Of a stretch of 61,525 nucleotides of DNA, positions 46,061 to 55,698 are shown one piece after another. The notes beneath the pieces are model-generated. The model was given only the letters and a program-made list of their open reading frames with translations, was not told the DNA's origin and ran no database searches. The stretch is from an uncultured Lachnospiraceae bacterium (GTDB lineage: Bacteria; Bacillota; Clostridia; Lachnospirales; CAG-274). The stretch covers positions 1-61,525 of the forward strand of contig CAZUXS010000001.1 of the NCBI GenBank assembly GCA_964624605.1. Direction: 5' to 3'. Positions within the stretch are counted from its first letter, which is position 1; every line of letters starts with the position of its first letter. The position numbers were made by a program, and so were the translations under genes.

Positions 46061-48151
46061 TTAACCGTTTATTATTTTCATAATATTCATATTTGTGCAA
46101 ACGACGGGGCGAACGCCATCGTCTGTTGTATTTGTATCGCCTTTTACGTTTACTGCGCCGTCATCATCTATGCAGGCTGCAAACTTATTGCTGATACCGG
46201 GTGAGCGGAGCCACCACTTTGTTCTGTTGCCTACCTCATTGAGGGCAATTCTGTCATCGTTTGTTTCAAATATTTCATTTGCCTCATCAAGGCTCAAAAG
46301 GAATACCTTATCATCCGTGTCGTTACCGCCTGTTATGTCATACTGCGGATTGTTTGGGTTTGAAAGGTGAGTCGGCAAAATTGCATCTTTCTCGGCTGAG
46401 TTGAAAGCATTTGCGAAGAACTCACTGTTGAGCCACTTTCTAAGCGGTGAAAGTTCCCAGAAACAATCTCTTGCGTTATCGTTGTATTCTCTTGATGCAA
46501 TACAATCCTCTGCAACAAACATAACTCTGTCAAATTCAACCTTGATAACTCTCCACACAATCTTTTTGTTGTTGTAGTGACCGAAGTTTACAAGGTAGCC
46601 GGGGCTGAGTGCACCGATTTTGCCATTCATTGTAAGGTCAATATTGAGTTCTTCAAGCTGCTTTTTAAGGTCGGCAATCTGCTCTTGAAGTTTCTTCTTT
46701 CTGCCGAATTGAAGCTTATTCAAAGATGCCTCTTCATTTTCCATAGCACTGATTTGTGACTGTATTTCGGCTTTCTGCTTCTTGTTATCTCTTATCATCT
46801 TGAGGTACTTAAGTCCGTTTGCCTTCATTGTGGCATTAACTTCGTTTACGTACTTTTCAAGCTTTTCTCTGTATTTATCATCGGCATATTGAAGTGCTTT
46901 CTGGAAGTTTGGATCCGTGTTGAAAGTCTTATTCTGTGTGCCGAGGTCGGATTCATTCTTGATACGCATATCAATCATGAGCTTGCCGATATATGCCTTT
47001 GCATTTGTCGGGTCTGTTGCAAGTACCTGATCCAAAAGGTCATCGGCCTCATCCCAATCTGCATTTTTAAGTGAACTGAAAGCTCTTCTTACTACGGGGA
47101 TTTCAGGCGCATCGGAAGACGGTGCGGGGCGCTTTGGAGCAGGTGCGGGCGCAGGAGTCGGTGCAGCCTGTGGAGTTGCAGCCGGAGTCGGTGCGGGCGC
47201 AGGTGTCGGCTGTGGAGCAGGAGCGGGTGCAGGTGTCGGTGCAGCCTGTGGAGCAGGTGCAGGGGCACACATCTTTGAAACGCTCTTGAGCACATTCAAA
47301 AGGAATTTCATTGAGCTCATATCCTGTGACTGGTATTCCATGAGGTCACGAGGGAGTTCATCTATATCCATATCCTTATATGCGGGTATAAGAAGTTTCT
47401 CATCGCCGTTTTCTATCATTTCGATATAGCGACTCCATTCACTTCTCATATCTGCACCGTGGAAATACTCCGGTCTTGTTGCCATCGTAATCATAACCTT
47501 AGCACTCTTCAAAGCGGCATATATATATGGTTCATATTCTTCACTTGACTTATCTTCGAGAGTTACTCTGGAATAGAATACTTTGTATCCCTCGGAAGTA
47601 AGTTCTTTGTACATATCATTTGCAAGCAGACTATCGGAAGTTCTTCTTCCGTTTTGGTCTGTTTCCTGATAGCTTATGTATACATCAAACGGTTCCTGAG
47701 CTTCGGCAATTTTAATCATATTTTTCTGAAGTTCATCAATCTTCTTTGCCTCTTCCTCATAAACAGCCTTTGCAAGTACATCTGCATTTTGTATTGCATC
47801 TTTGTAATTTTCGTCTTCACTCACAGCTGTGCTGCACATTTTGCTGCACGTAGGGACTCTTTTTCTGGAGCGATCCTCGGTGTACAACACACCATACTTA
47901 CAAAGTACCATATTCCAATGAGCTTCAGCATCGGTCGGTTCATTATCCAAGATGCTTGCGTATATATCCATAGCCTTGCCAAATTCACCATTTGACCTGA
48001 ACTTATTAGCATCATTGTAAAGATTAACCTTTATTTCACTCTTTGTTCGTGGCAATGTCATTGTAGAACCACAGCGTTCGCATATTTCAACCGTCATATT
48101 GTCGTTTACAAACATGTCGCTGCCGCACATCTTACATGTAAATTTTGCCAT
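46061..48151 (-). CDS. multidomain TIR-domain protein: zinc ribbon, TPR-like, TIR, Pro/Ala linker, TPR-like/coiled coil, DUF6273-like C-terminal domain
   Basis: The zinc ribbon is CKMCGS...CERCGS. The TIR core is FDVYISYQETD......A..MY..L...GYKVFY.......G..YEP.I..AL.SAKVMI........F.....RSEW.RY. The linker is a long (A/P/T/Q) run. The C-terminus carries W.L..W....F..AF..........L....E........WWLRSPG. The start at MAKFTC follows ggaggtg. Confidence 0.8.
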   Translation of the reverse strand: MAKFTCKMCGSDMFVNDNMTVEICERCGSTMTLPRTKSEIKVNLYNDANKFRSNGEFGKAMDIYASILDNEPTDAEAHWNMVLCKYGVLYTEDRSRKRVPTCSKMCSTAVSEDENYKDAIQNADVLAKAVYEEEAKKIDELQKNMIKIAEAQEPFDVYISYQETDQNGRRTSDSLLANDMYKELTSEGYKVFYSRVTLEDKSSEEYEPYIYAALKSAKVMITMATRPEYFHGADMRSEWSRYIEMIENGDEKLLIPAYKDMDIDELPRDLMEYQSQDMSSMKFLLNVLKSVSKMCAPAPAPQAAPTPAPAPAPQPTPAPAPTPAATPQAAPTPAPAPAPKRPAPSSDAPEIPVVRRAFSSLKNADWDEADDLLDQVLATDPTNAKAYIGKLMIDMRIKNESDLGTQNKTFNTDPNFQKALQYADDKYREKLEKYVNEVNATMKANGLKYLKMIRDNKKQKAEIQSQISAMENEEASLNKLQFGRKKKLQEQIADLKKQLEELNIDLTMNGKIGALSPGYLVNFGHYNNKKIVWRVIKVEFDRVMFVAEDCIASREYNDNARDCFWELSPLRKWLNSEFFANAFNSAEKDAILPTHLSNPNNPQYDITGGNDTDDKVFLLSLDEANEIFETNDDRIALNEVGNRTKWWLRSPGISNKFAACIDDDGAVNVKGDTNTTDDGVRPVVCTNMNIMKIING

Positions 48152-48309
48152 AGAAAGCACCTCCGTTTATGTATCATTTTATTTATTGACAATTAGTCTT
48201 TTGGGGAGCACAAAATCTGCTCTGTATTACAAAAACAATAGGAAGTTTATCCTTCTTCGGAAATCATCCTATGTTGTTTTTTACAACTTAAGAGTAAATC
48301 ACATTGGAT

Positions 48310-48873
48310 TTATTTTACAATGCTGTCGGCTTCTTCCTCAGCCTCCTTGCGAAGCTGCTCGGGATTGTCAAGGGAAACCGGCATGGAATCAAGGGTGCTG
48401 AAACCGAAATACCTCAAAAATTCATCGGTTGTGCCGAAGAGTATGGGTTTACCCGGAGTGTCGGCACGTCCTTTTTCCTCCACAAGTGAATATTCCACAA
48501 GTTTATTTACGGCGTGGTCGGCACTTACACCTCTTATTTCCTCTATTGAGCCTTTTGTTATGGGTTGCTTATAGGCTATGATTGCAAGCGTTTCAAGCAG
48601 CGTGCCCGAAAGTTTGTGCCTTTGGGGCGCTTGGAACAGCTTTTTTATGTAATCGTAATATTCCGTATTGGTGCACATTTGATAGCCGTCACCAACCTGT
48701 ATTATGCTTATGCCACGCTTTTCATAGTGGTATTTATCCGACAGGTTGTTTATGGCACATTCAACAGCACCTTGGCTCATTTCAAGTGCGGCAGCGATAG
48801 CCTTTGTGCTTACGGCATCACCTGCGGCAAAAAGAATGGCCTCTATTGCGTTTTCAAGCTCGTTAAGTCCCAT
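48310..48873 (-). CDS. scpB: segregation and condensation protein B
   Basis: The N-terminus ...LE.AIEAILFAAGD.VS...IA..L and ETLAIIAYKQPITK..IE.IRGV motifs are present. Confidence 0.9.
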   Translation of the reverse strand: MGLNELENAIEAILFAAGDAVSTKAIAAALEMSQGAVECAINNLSDKYHYEKRGISIIQVGDGYQMCTNTEYYDYIKKLFQAPQRHKLSGTLLETLAIIAYKQPITKGSIEEIRGVSADHAVNKLVEYSLVEEKGRADTPGKPILFGTTDEFLRYFGFSTLDSMPVSLDNPEQLRKEAEEEADSIVK

Positions 48874-48892
48874 ATAAAAAACTCCGTGTTAA

Positions 48893-49723
48893 TTAGTTTT
48901 GGCTTTGCATATCCTGCAAATTCTGTTGTTTCACTTCTTCCTTATAGGAAGAAATTTTTATATCATCAAAGGCTTTATCTTGATAAACCTTGATTTGCTT
49001 TGTTTTTATAAGCTCCAACATAGCAAGAAAGGTCGCTATGATTTCGCTTTTGTGCATACGATAGCTGCCACGCTCATATCTGAACATGGAGCGGAAATAT
49101 ATGCTGCCGTTTACCTCCAAAAGGTTGAGAATATACTCCGTTTTGGATTCTATTGTGTATTGCTCTCTTTCAACGGAGTTGAAACGGCTGCGTATTTTGT
49201 CGGTACGCACTTCCTGCCTTTTGAGCACATCCTCAAAGGCTCTCATAAGCATCGCCATATCGGCATCGCCCAGTATGTCGGAAATTTGCTTAGGGACATC
49301 GGCTCTTATTTTTTTGATAAGTGCCGTATCGGATTTTTTATAGTAGTTAAAACCCGAGCTAAGCTGTTTTTGACCGAAGGTGATGGCAAGTTTTTTGAAA
49401 CGCTTATATTCAATAAGTCTTTTCACAAGCTCTTCACGAGGGTCAATTTCAACATTGTTTTCATCAACTTCCTTGGGGAGGAGCATTTTTGATTTTATCT
49501 CAATCAATGTTGCCGCCATAACAATGAAATCACTCATAGATGTCATTGTAACATCCCTGTTTTCAGCCTCGTATCTGTTTATACATTCAAGATACTGGTC
49601 TGTGATGAGGGCAATGGGTATGTCGTTTATGTCTATTTTGTTTTTTATTATCAGAGAGTACAGCAAATCCATAGGACCTTCAAAGCTATCCAGTCTGATT
49701 TCCACATTTATGCGTTTATCCAT
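48893..49723 (-). CDS. scpA: segregation and condensation protein A (kleisin)
   Basis: F.GP.DLL..LI.K.KIDI.DIPI..IT.QY is the typical ScpA N-terminus. Confidence 0.9.
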   Translation of the reverse strand: MDKRINVEIRLDSFEGPMDLLYSLIIKNKIDINDIPIALITDQYLECINRYEAENRDVTMTSMSDFIVMAATLIEIKSKMLLPKEVDENNVEIDPREELVKRLIEYKRFKKLAITFGQKQLSSGFNYYKKSDTALIKKIRADVPKQISDILGDADMAMLMRAFEDVLKRQEVRTDKIRSRFNSVEREQYTIESKTEYILNLLEVNGSIYFRSMFRYERGSYRMHKSEIIATFLAMLELIKTKQIKVYQDKAFDDIKISSYKEEVKQQNLQDMQSQN

Positions 49724-50385
49724 TATAAAGCACCGAATATGAGCGCAATCGGTAATCTTATCACGCTCTTTAAAATGTTGAGAGGTATACCGAGCCAGCC
49801 CATAAGCAACAGAAAAACGACAACCATTTGAATAACTTTTTCACTTTGGCTGTATTTAAGTGCCGCATTGGGTGAAAGCAGACTTTTTAATATCTTGCCT
49901 CCGCTCATGGGATAAACGGGTATCAAATTGAATACGGCAATTGCCGCAAAACAATCGGAGAAAATGCTGCAAGCACTTGATACATAGCCAAATCCCGTAT
50001 TTCCGAAATCCGTAACTTCCCCGAGGATTGCGAAAAGCATGGATAAAACTATTGAAATAAGTATAGGTGCAACATTTACTGTAACGGTGCAAAGCTTACG
50101 ACTTTTGATATCCCTCTTACCGCCTAATTGATAGTTCATGGCGGAACATTCGACAGGTCTTCCCCAACCATAGCCGAAAATCAGAAACAGTATGAACCCG
50201 ATGGGTTCAAAATGTTTGAGGGGATTGAGTGTAAGTCTGCCCTCTGACTTCGGGCGGCTGTCACCGAACTTTGTGGAAACAAGTGCTTTTGAAAATTCAA
50301 AAACCGTTGTGACAACCATAATTGCAATAATTCTGATAAATCCGTTTATTAAAAAACTTTTGTCCAAAATATTAAAATTGAGCAA
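49723..50385 (-). CDS. site-2-protease (M50)-family membrane protein lacking the catalytic metal ligands (pseudo-protease)
   Basis: The family core GRLTLNPLKH.EPIGF......G.GWGRPV and FNLIP..P..GGKIL is present. However, HExxH reads FEFSK and the PLDG Asp reads PMSG. Confidence 0.7.
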   Translation of the reverse strand: MLNFNILDKSFLINGFIRIIAIMVVTTVFEFSKALVSTKFGDSRPKSEGRLTLNPLKHFEPIGFILFLIFGYGWGRPVECSAMNYQLGGKRDIKSRKLCTVTVNVAPILISIVLSMLFAILGEVTDFGNTGFGYVSSACSIFSDCFAAIAVFNLIPVYPMSGGKILKSLLSPNAALKYSQSEKVIQMVVVFLLLMGWLGIPLNILKSVIRLPIALIFGAL

Positions 50386-50568
50386 TATACGCCCTCCTTA
50401 CTATATTATATATCATAATTGCAAAAATTTCAAACATTATTTATAAAAATTAATAATTTTTTTTTGTAATTTTAACAAAAATAACCAATGTGTAACAAAA
50501 TTGCAATGTTTGTAATGAAAAATATAAATAAAAATGCTTGAATAAGTATTGATAACGCAATATTTGCG

Positions 50569-52596
50569 TTATTGTATTCTCTTAAATTTCTTTTCAAGCT
50601 CGTATTTTGACATTTCTATTATTGTTGGTCTGCCGTGTGGGCAGGTAAAAGGGTTCTCAAGTTTCAATAATTTTTGTATGAGTGCTTCCGCCTCGGTGTA
50701 GCTCAGCCTGTCATTGCCTTTCACCGCAGCCTTACAGCTCATTGTGGCTATGGCATCAAGTTGAGTTTCGTATATATTTGATATATCCTTATCCGCAAGA
50801 GTATCCAGTATATCAATGAAAAATCCCGCATTGCCCGGTGAATTGAACACGCAGGGCACAGCACGCAGGGCGTAGGTATCTACGCCAAACTCATCAAGCT
50901 CAAAGCCCAGTTCTTCAAGCTTTTCCTTGTTTTCTTCAAGTGTGAGCTTTTGTTTTTGAGTGAGTTTAAGCACAACTGGCACAACCAATAACTGACTTAC
51001 ACTCTCTTTGTTTTTGAGTTTTTCGGTAAGTTCCTCATATATGGCTCTTTCGTGTGCGGCGTGTTGGTCAATCAAATAAAGTGAACCGTTTTGCTCTATT
51101 ATCCAATAGGTGTTGAATACTTGACCTACTATTTTGTAGTTGTTGAAAAACGGCTTCTTAGTTTCCTTATCATCGTCAAAAAGAACGGCATTGACAACTT
51201 TAGGCTTCTTTTTCGGCTCTTCCTTTACGGGAGCGGGTATATCGTTTTTTTCGATAACCGTATCAAGCGGTATATCCGTAGTTTCGTTATCGGATAACAT
51301 TGCCGCCTTAAGCTGATTTAAGGATTCTTTTGAAAGAGATATTCCCGAAATCATATCGGCATTGTCGGTTACTTGGCGTGGAACGGGTGGGGGAGTGGGT
51401 ACACTCACAGCACTTTGAGGTGTAATCTCGTTAAAGCTCAAATATCCGTTTTCATCTTTGCTGTTCGTCTTTTCGTTATCTTCTTTGGAAGTTGTTTCAC
51501 TTTCGTTTTTGCTTTCTTGCTTTTCGTTATCTTCCTTATAAACAATTTCGCTTTCGTCTTTGTTTTCCGTTTTCTTCTCGTCTTTGCCCCAACTTGCCTC
51601 AACTATGAGGTTTGTGTTGCTCAATACCTTGTTTACAGCCGTATATATGAGGTCGTAAATAAAGCTTTCGTCGGCGAAACGCACTTCAAGCTTTGTGGGG
51701 TGCACATTCACGTCCACAGTGCTTGAGGGCACTGTCATATTAAGTGCAAAAACGGGAAATTTGCCAATCATGAGCTTGCCCTTGTAGGCTTCCTGCACAG
51801 CCTCTTGAACAAGGGTACTTTTTATATATCTTCCGTTTATGAAAAAGTTTTCGTAGCTTCTGTTTGCCCTTGCAACTATAGGTTTTGCAATAAGTCCGCT
51901 GAGCTTGTAGCCGTTTTTTTCAACGTTTATTTCAAGCATATTTGCCGCAACATCTCTGCCGTATATACGCATTATAACCGCCTTAAGGTCATTGTTGCCG
52001 GAGGTGTAGAGTATGCTGTTACCGTTGTTAATGTATTTTACGGCTATGTGAGGGTGTCCGAGTGCAATTCTGTTTACCACCTCGGATATATATGTTCCCT
52101 CCGTAGCGGGCTTTTTGAGGAATTTTCTTCTTGCGGGGGTGTTGAAAAAGAGGTTTTTCATTGTGAAAACAGTGCCGTTGTTAGCGCCTGTTTGACATTC
52201 GTCCTCTTTTATACCGCCGCTTATGCAAAATTTTGTACCCGTTTCGTCCTCGGCTGTTTTTGTTATAAGCTCCACCTGTGAAACTGAGGCTATGCTTGAA
52301 AGCGCTTCACCTCTGAAACCTAGGGTGAGTATACTGTCTAAATCTTCCAATTTGCTGAGCTTGCTTGTTGCGTGACGTAAAAAAGCGGAGGATATCTCAT
52401 CTTTTGGGATACCCTTGCCGTTATCTGTAATTTTTATCATATCTATGCCGCCACCCTTTATTTCGATTGTGACGGATGTGGCACCTGCATCAATGGAGTT
52501 TTCAACAAGCTCTTTCACAACGGAGGCCGGTCTTTCAACCACTTCGCCTGCGGCAATTTTATTTATAAGAGAATTATCTAAAACGTGAATACCCAT
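50569..52596 (-). CDS. mutL: DNA mismatch repair protein MutL
   Basis: LINKIAAGEVVERPASVVKELVENSIDAG and GFRGEAL are present, as is the C-terminal dimerisation domain. Confidence 0.95.
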   Translation of the reverse strand: MGIHVLDNSLINKIAAGEVVERPASVVKELVENSIDAGATSVTIEIKGGGIDMIKITDNGKGIPKDEISSAFLRHATSKLSKLEDLDSILTLGFRGEALSSIASVSQVELITKTAEDETGTKFCISGGIKEDECQTGANNGTVFTMKNLFFNTPARRKFLKKPATEGTYISEVVNRIALGHPHIAVKYINNGNSILYTSGNNDLKAVIMRIYGRDVAANMLEINVEKNGYKLSGLIAKPIVARANRSYENFFINGRYIKSTLVQEAVQEAYKGKLMIGKFPVFALNMTVPSSTVDVNVHPTKLEVRFADESFIYDLIYTAVNKVLSNTNLIVEASWGKDEKKTENKDESEIVYKEDNEKQESKNESETTSKEDNEKTNSKDENGYLSFNEITPQSAVSVPTPPPVPRQVTDNADMISGISLSKESLNQLKAAMLSDNETTDIPLDTVIEKNDIPAPVKEEPKKKPKVVNAVLFDDDKETKKPFFNNYKIVGQVFNTYWIIEQNGSLYLIDQHAAHERAIYEELTEKLKNKESVSQLLVVPVVLKLTQKQKLTLEENKEKLEELGFELDEFGVDTYALRAVPCVFNSPGNAGFFIDILDTLADKDISNIYETQLDAIATMSCKAAVKGNDRLSYTEAEALIQKLLKLENPFTCPHGRPTIIEMSKYELEKKFKRIQ

Positions 52597-52617
52597 ATCT
52601 ACCTCCGTGTGATTTTA

Positions 52618-55236
52618 TCATAAATTTTGTTCTTGCAATTCTTTAAGTTTTTCTTTTAAGTCGTTCAGTTTTTTGAGTGCTTCCATAGGAGTTATCGTAT
52701 TTATATCCAGTTCGTCAAGCTCATCACTAAGCTCGTTAAACACTATAACCTTTTGGTCATAAGGCTTTGAAACATAGACTTCATCAACATCGCTTGCGTG
52801 CACGGGCTCGTTATCCTTCGTGAGCAGGGTAAGTATCTCGTTTGAACGCCTTACAACACTCTTCGGCACACCTGCAAGCTTTGCAACGTGTATGCCGTAG
52901 CTTTTGTCCGTACCGCCACGCACTATTTTTCTGAGGAATATAACATCGTCACCGTTATCAAGCACGCTGACACAGTAGTTGTTCACACCCTCTATTTTTC
53001 TTTCAAGCTCCGTCAACTCGTGATAGTGAGTTGCAAAAAGTGTTCTTGCACCTATGCGTTTTTTATCGGCTATGTATTCAAGCACCGCCCAAGCTATGCT
53101 TAGTCCGTCGAAGGTGGAAGTTCCTCTGCCTATTTCGTCCAGTATCAAAAGACTCTTGTTTGTGGCATTGTTGAGTATGTTTGCAACCTCCGTCATTTCC
53201 ACCATGAATGTGGATTGACCCGTTGCAAGGTCATCGGATGCACCGACTCTTGTAAATATTCTGTCCACAACGCCTATTTCGGCACTGTCGGCAGGCACAA
53301 AACTGCCAATCTGCGCCATAAGCACAAGCAGAGCAACCTGTCTCATATATGTGGACTTACCTGCCATATTAGGTCCGGTGATTATTGAAAGTCTGTTTTC
53401 ATCGGTATCGAGTACGGTATCATTCGGTATAAACTCCGTTGTGTTTACTCTTTCAACAACGGGGTGTCTGCCGTTTACTATGTTTATATTGTTGCCCGTA
53501 TTCACTGTTGGCTTTACATAGCCGTTTTTGTCGGCAACCTCACCGAGTGACTGCAAAACATCTATTGCGGAAACACCTCTTGCACACTTCAATATTCTTT
53601 CCGTATTTGCACCCACCTTTGCACGTATATCGGAAAACAAATCGTATTCAAGTGAAACAACCTTTTCGTCCGCACCTAAGATGGTATTTTCAATTTCCTT
53701 AAGCTCCTGTGTTATGTAACATTCGGAGTTTGAAAGTGTTCTCTTTCTTATATATGTATCGGGTACGGCACTCAAATATGAATTTGTGACTTCCATATAG
53801 TAGCCGAATACCTTGTTGTATTTTACTCTTAATTTCGGTATGCCGGTTTTTTCCTTTTCTCTTGCTTCAAAATCGGCAAGCCACTGTGCGCCTTTTTCCT
53901 TTGCGGAACGCAGGGTATCAACTTCGCTGTTGTAGCCGTCACGTATAAGCCCACCCTCACGTAGTGAAACGGGTGGGTCGGGGGCTATACTTTTATCTAT
54001 TAAATTGCAGATATCATCCAATGTATCCATTGAATTGTGAAGCTTTTGAATATAGTCGCAATCAAATTCCCCGAGTAAATGCTTAAGGTGGGGTAATATT
54101 TCAAAAGATTGCTTAAGTGCAATCAAATCTCTCGCATTTGCACTTGCATACACAACCTTGCTCATAAGTCTTTCAATATCGTATATACCGCTTATGAGTT
54201 CACGTAGTTCCTCTCTGGCGAATATGTTATCCTTGAAAGCCTCAACGCCGTCAAGTCTTCTTTGAATTTTTACGGCATCGGTGAGCGGCTGTTCTATACG
54301 GCTGCGTAAAAGTCTTGCACCCATAGCTGTTTTTGTTTTGTCAAGCACCCATAAAAGAGAACCTTTTTTTGTTTTTTCTCTTATTGTCTGTGTCAATTCA
54401 AGATTACGGCGAGAGCTTATATCCAACACCATATATTTATTTTTAACTTGTTTTTTGATTGAAGATATATGGGATAGGTTATTCTTTTGAGTTTCCAAAA
54501 GATAGCTCATAAGTGCGCCCGATGCAGGCACGCAAATTTTGTCACCGTCCAAACCGAATCCCGAAAGATTGAGAGTTTGGAAGTGATTGCAAAGGCTTAT
54601 GCAGGCGTTTTGATAATCAAAGCACCAATTGTTGTAATCGGCAGGTTTAGTGCCGAATATCTTTTCTATTCTGTCCTTTATGGTAAGTGCTTCGTTGCAT
54701 ATTATTTCGGAGGGCATAATGCGGGCAAGTTCGTCAATGACCTTGTTCTCGTTATCTTCGGGTATATCCGTAACAAAAAATTCACCCGTTGAAACATCAC
54801 AGCTTGCCACACCAAAGCCACCGTTGCCTTGATATATGCACATTATGTAGTTGTTTTTGCTCTCATCGAGCACCTTTGTGTCAAGGACGGTACCGGGGGT
54901 AACTATCCTTATAACATCTCTTTTTACAATACCCTTAGCCTTTTTAGGGTCCTCCGTCTGCTCACATATTGCCACCTTGTAGCCTTTTTCCACAAGCTTT
55001 GCAATATATCCGTCAGCCGAATGAAAGGGAACACCGCACATGGGTGCTCTCTCACTCATTCCGCAATCTTTTCCCGTCAGCGTGAGTTCCAACTCGGCTG
55101 AGGCTATTTTGGCATCATCAAAAAATAATTCGTAAAAATCCCCAAGTCTGTAAAATAATAAACAATATTTGTATTGCTCCTTTATGGAAAGGTATTGTTC
55201 CATCATAGGCGTATATTTGGGAGTTTTATCAGCCAT
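52618..55236 (-). CDS. mutS: DNA mismatch repair protein MutS
   Basis: TPMM.QY...K....LFYR.GDFYE.F, the Walker A motif GPNMAGKST, and DE.GRGTST are present. Confidence 0.95.
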   Translation of the reverse strand: MADKTPKYTPMMEQYLSIKEQYKYCLLFYRLGDFYELFFDDAKIASAELELTLTGKDCGMSERAPMCGVPFHSADGYIAKLVEKGYKVAICEQTEDPKKAKGIVKRDVIRIVTPGTVLDTKVLDESKNNYIMCIYQGNGGFGVASCDVSTGEFFVTDIPEDNENKVIDELARIMPSEIICNEALTIKDRIEKIFGTKPADYNNWCFDYQNACISLCNHFQTLNLSGFGLDGDKICVPASGALMSYLLETQKNNLSHISSIKKQVKNKYMVLDISSRRNLELTQTIREKTKKGSLLWVLDKTKTAMGARLLRSRIEQPLTDAVKIQRRLDGVEAFKDNIFAREELRELISGIYDIERLMSKVVYASANARDLIALKQSFEILPHLKHLLGEFDCDYIQKLHNSMDTLDDICNLIDKSIAPDPPVSLREGGLIRDGYNSEVDTLRSAKEKGAQWLADFEAREKEKTGIPKLRVKYNKVFGYYMEVTNSYLSAVPDTYIRKRTLSNSECYITQELKEIENTILGADEKVVSLEYDLFSDIRAKVGANTERILKCARGVSAIDVLQSLGEVADKNGYVKPTVNTGNNINIVNGRHPVVERVNTTEFIPNDTVLDTDENRLSIITGPNMAGKSTYMRQVALLVLMAQIGSFVPADSAEIGVVDRIFTRVGASDDLATGQSTFMVEMTEVANILNNATNKSLLILDEIGRGTSTFDGLSIAWAVLEYIADKKRIGARTLFATHYHELTELERKIEGVNNYCVSVLDNGDDVIFLRKIVRGGTDKSYGIHVAKLAGVPKSVVRRSNEILTLLTKDNEPVHASDVDEVYVSKPYDQKVIVFNELSDELDELDINTITPMEALKKLNDLKEKLKELQEQNL

Positions 55237-55296
55237 CGTACTTCCTCCGAAAATGTGTTTCTTCTATTATAATTATATCATGTTTTGCTTGTCTTA

Positions 55297-55689
55297 TTAA
55301 TGACAGCCGCCGCAGCTTCCGCAGCTTCCGGTGCAACCGCCGTCTTCGCTCATATTTCCCGTGAGTGTTGCGTTGAAAACGTTCATTACGTTCTGAACAA
55401 AATAGTTGAACTGATTCTCGGCAAGCACCATTTCATTTATAACTTCGTTTGCTCTAAGCTCATTAGCCATAGCAGTTATCTGTTCCTTAGCTTCATCAAT
55501 CTCACTTGCGGAAAGTCTGTCGGCTTTCATGGCTCTCATTTTGCTTTCTCTGAAATCGTTGTATTCTCTGAGCTTTTGCTTAGCCTCTTCGTTGTTATCG
55601 AATACAAATTTTGCATCGGTGTATTTTTTACCTATTTCCGTTTCAAGCAATTCCTCTGCTAATTTTCTTGCGTTATCGTAAACCGTCAT
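55297..55689 (-). CDS. YlbF/YmcA-family regulator with a C-terminal Cys-rich tail
   Basis: This is a helical 130-aa protein in the conserved miaB-ymcA-mutS-mutL context. Its C-terminus is GGCTGSCGSCGGCH. Confidence 0.7.
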   Translation of the reverse strand: MTVYDNARKLAEELLETEIGKKYTDAKFVFDNNEEAKQKLREYNDFRESKMRAMKADRLSASEIDEAKEQITAMANELRANEVINEMVLAENQFNYFVQNVMNVFNATLTGNMSEDGGCTGSCGSCGGCH

Positions 55690-55698
55690 AATATCTCC

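Noticed and set aside
47100-47270. A GC-rich repetitive tract (ggtgc/ggagc/aggtg units) that looked like a possible repeat array
   Set aside because: It lies in-frame inside the TIR protein gene and encodes a Pro/Ala/Thr/Gln linker. The periodicity is irregular, and there is no repeat-spacer structure.
46061-48151. A Thoeris, CBASS or other named TIR defence system
   Set aside because: No ThsA (SIR2/Macro-SLOG), cyclase, STING/SAVED or other cognate partner gene is adjacent. Only the stand-alone multidomain TIR protein is present.
50553-50572. Hairpin taacgcaa-tat-ttgcgtta at the mutL stop codon as a terminator
   Set aside because: No U-tract follows on the transcribed (minus) strand, and the stem includes the stop codon. 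It was not called.
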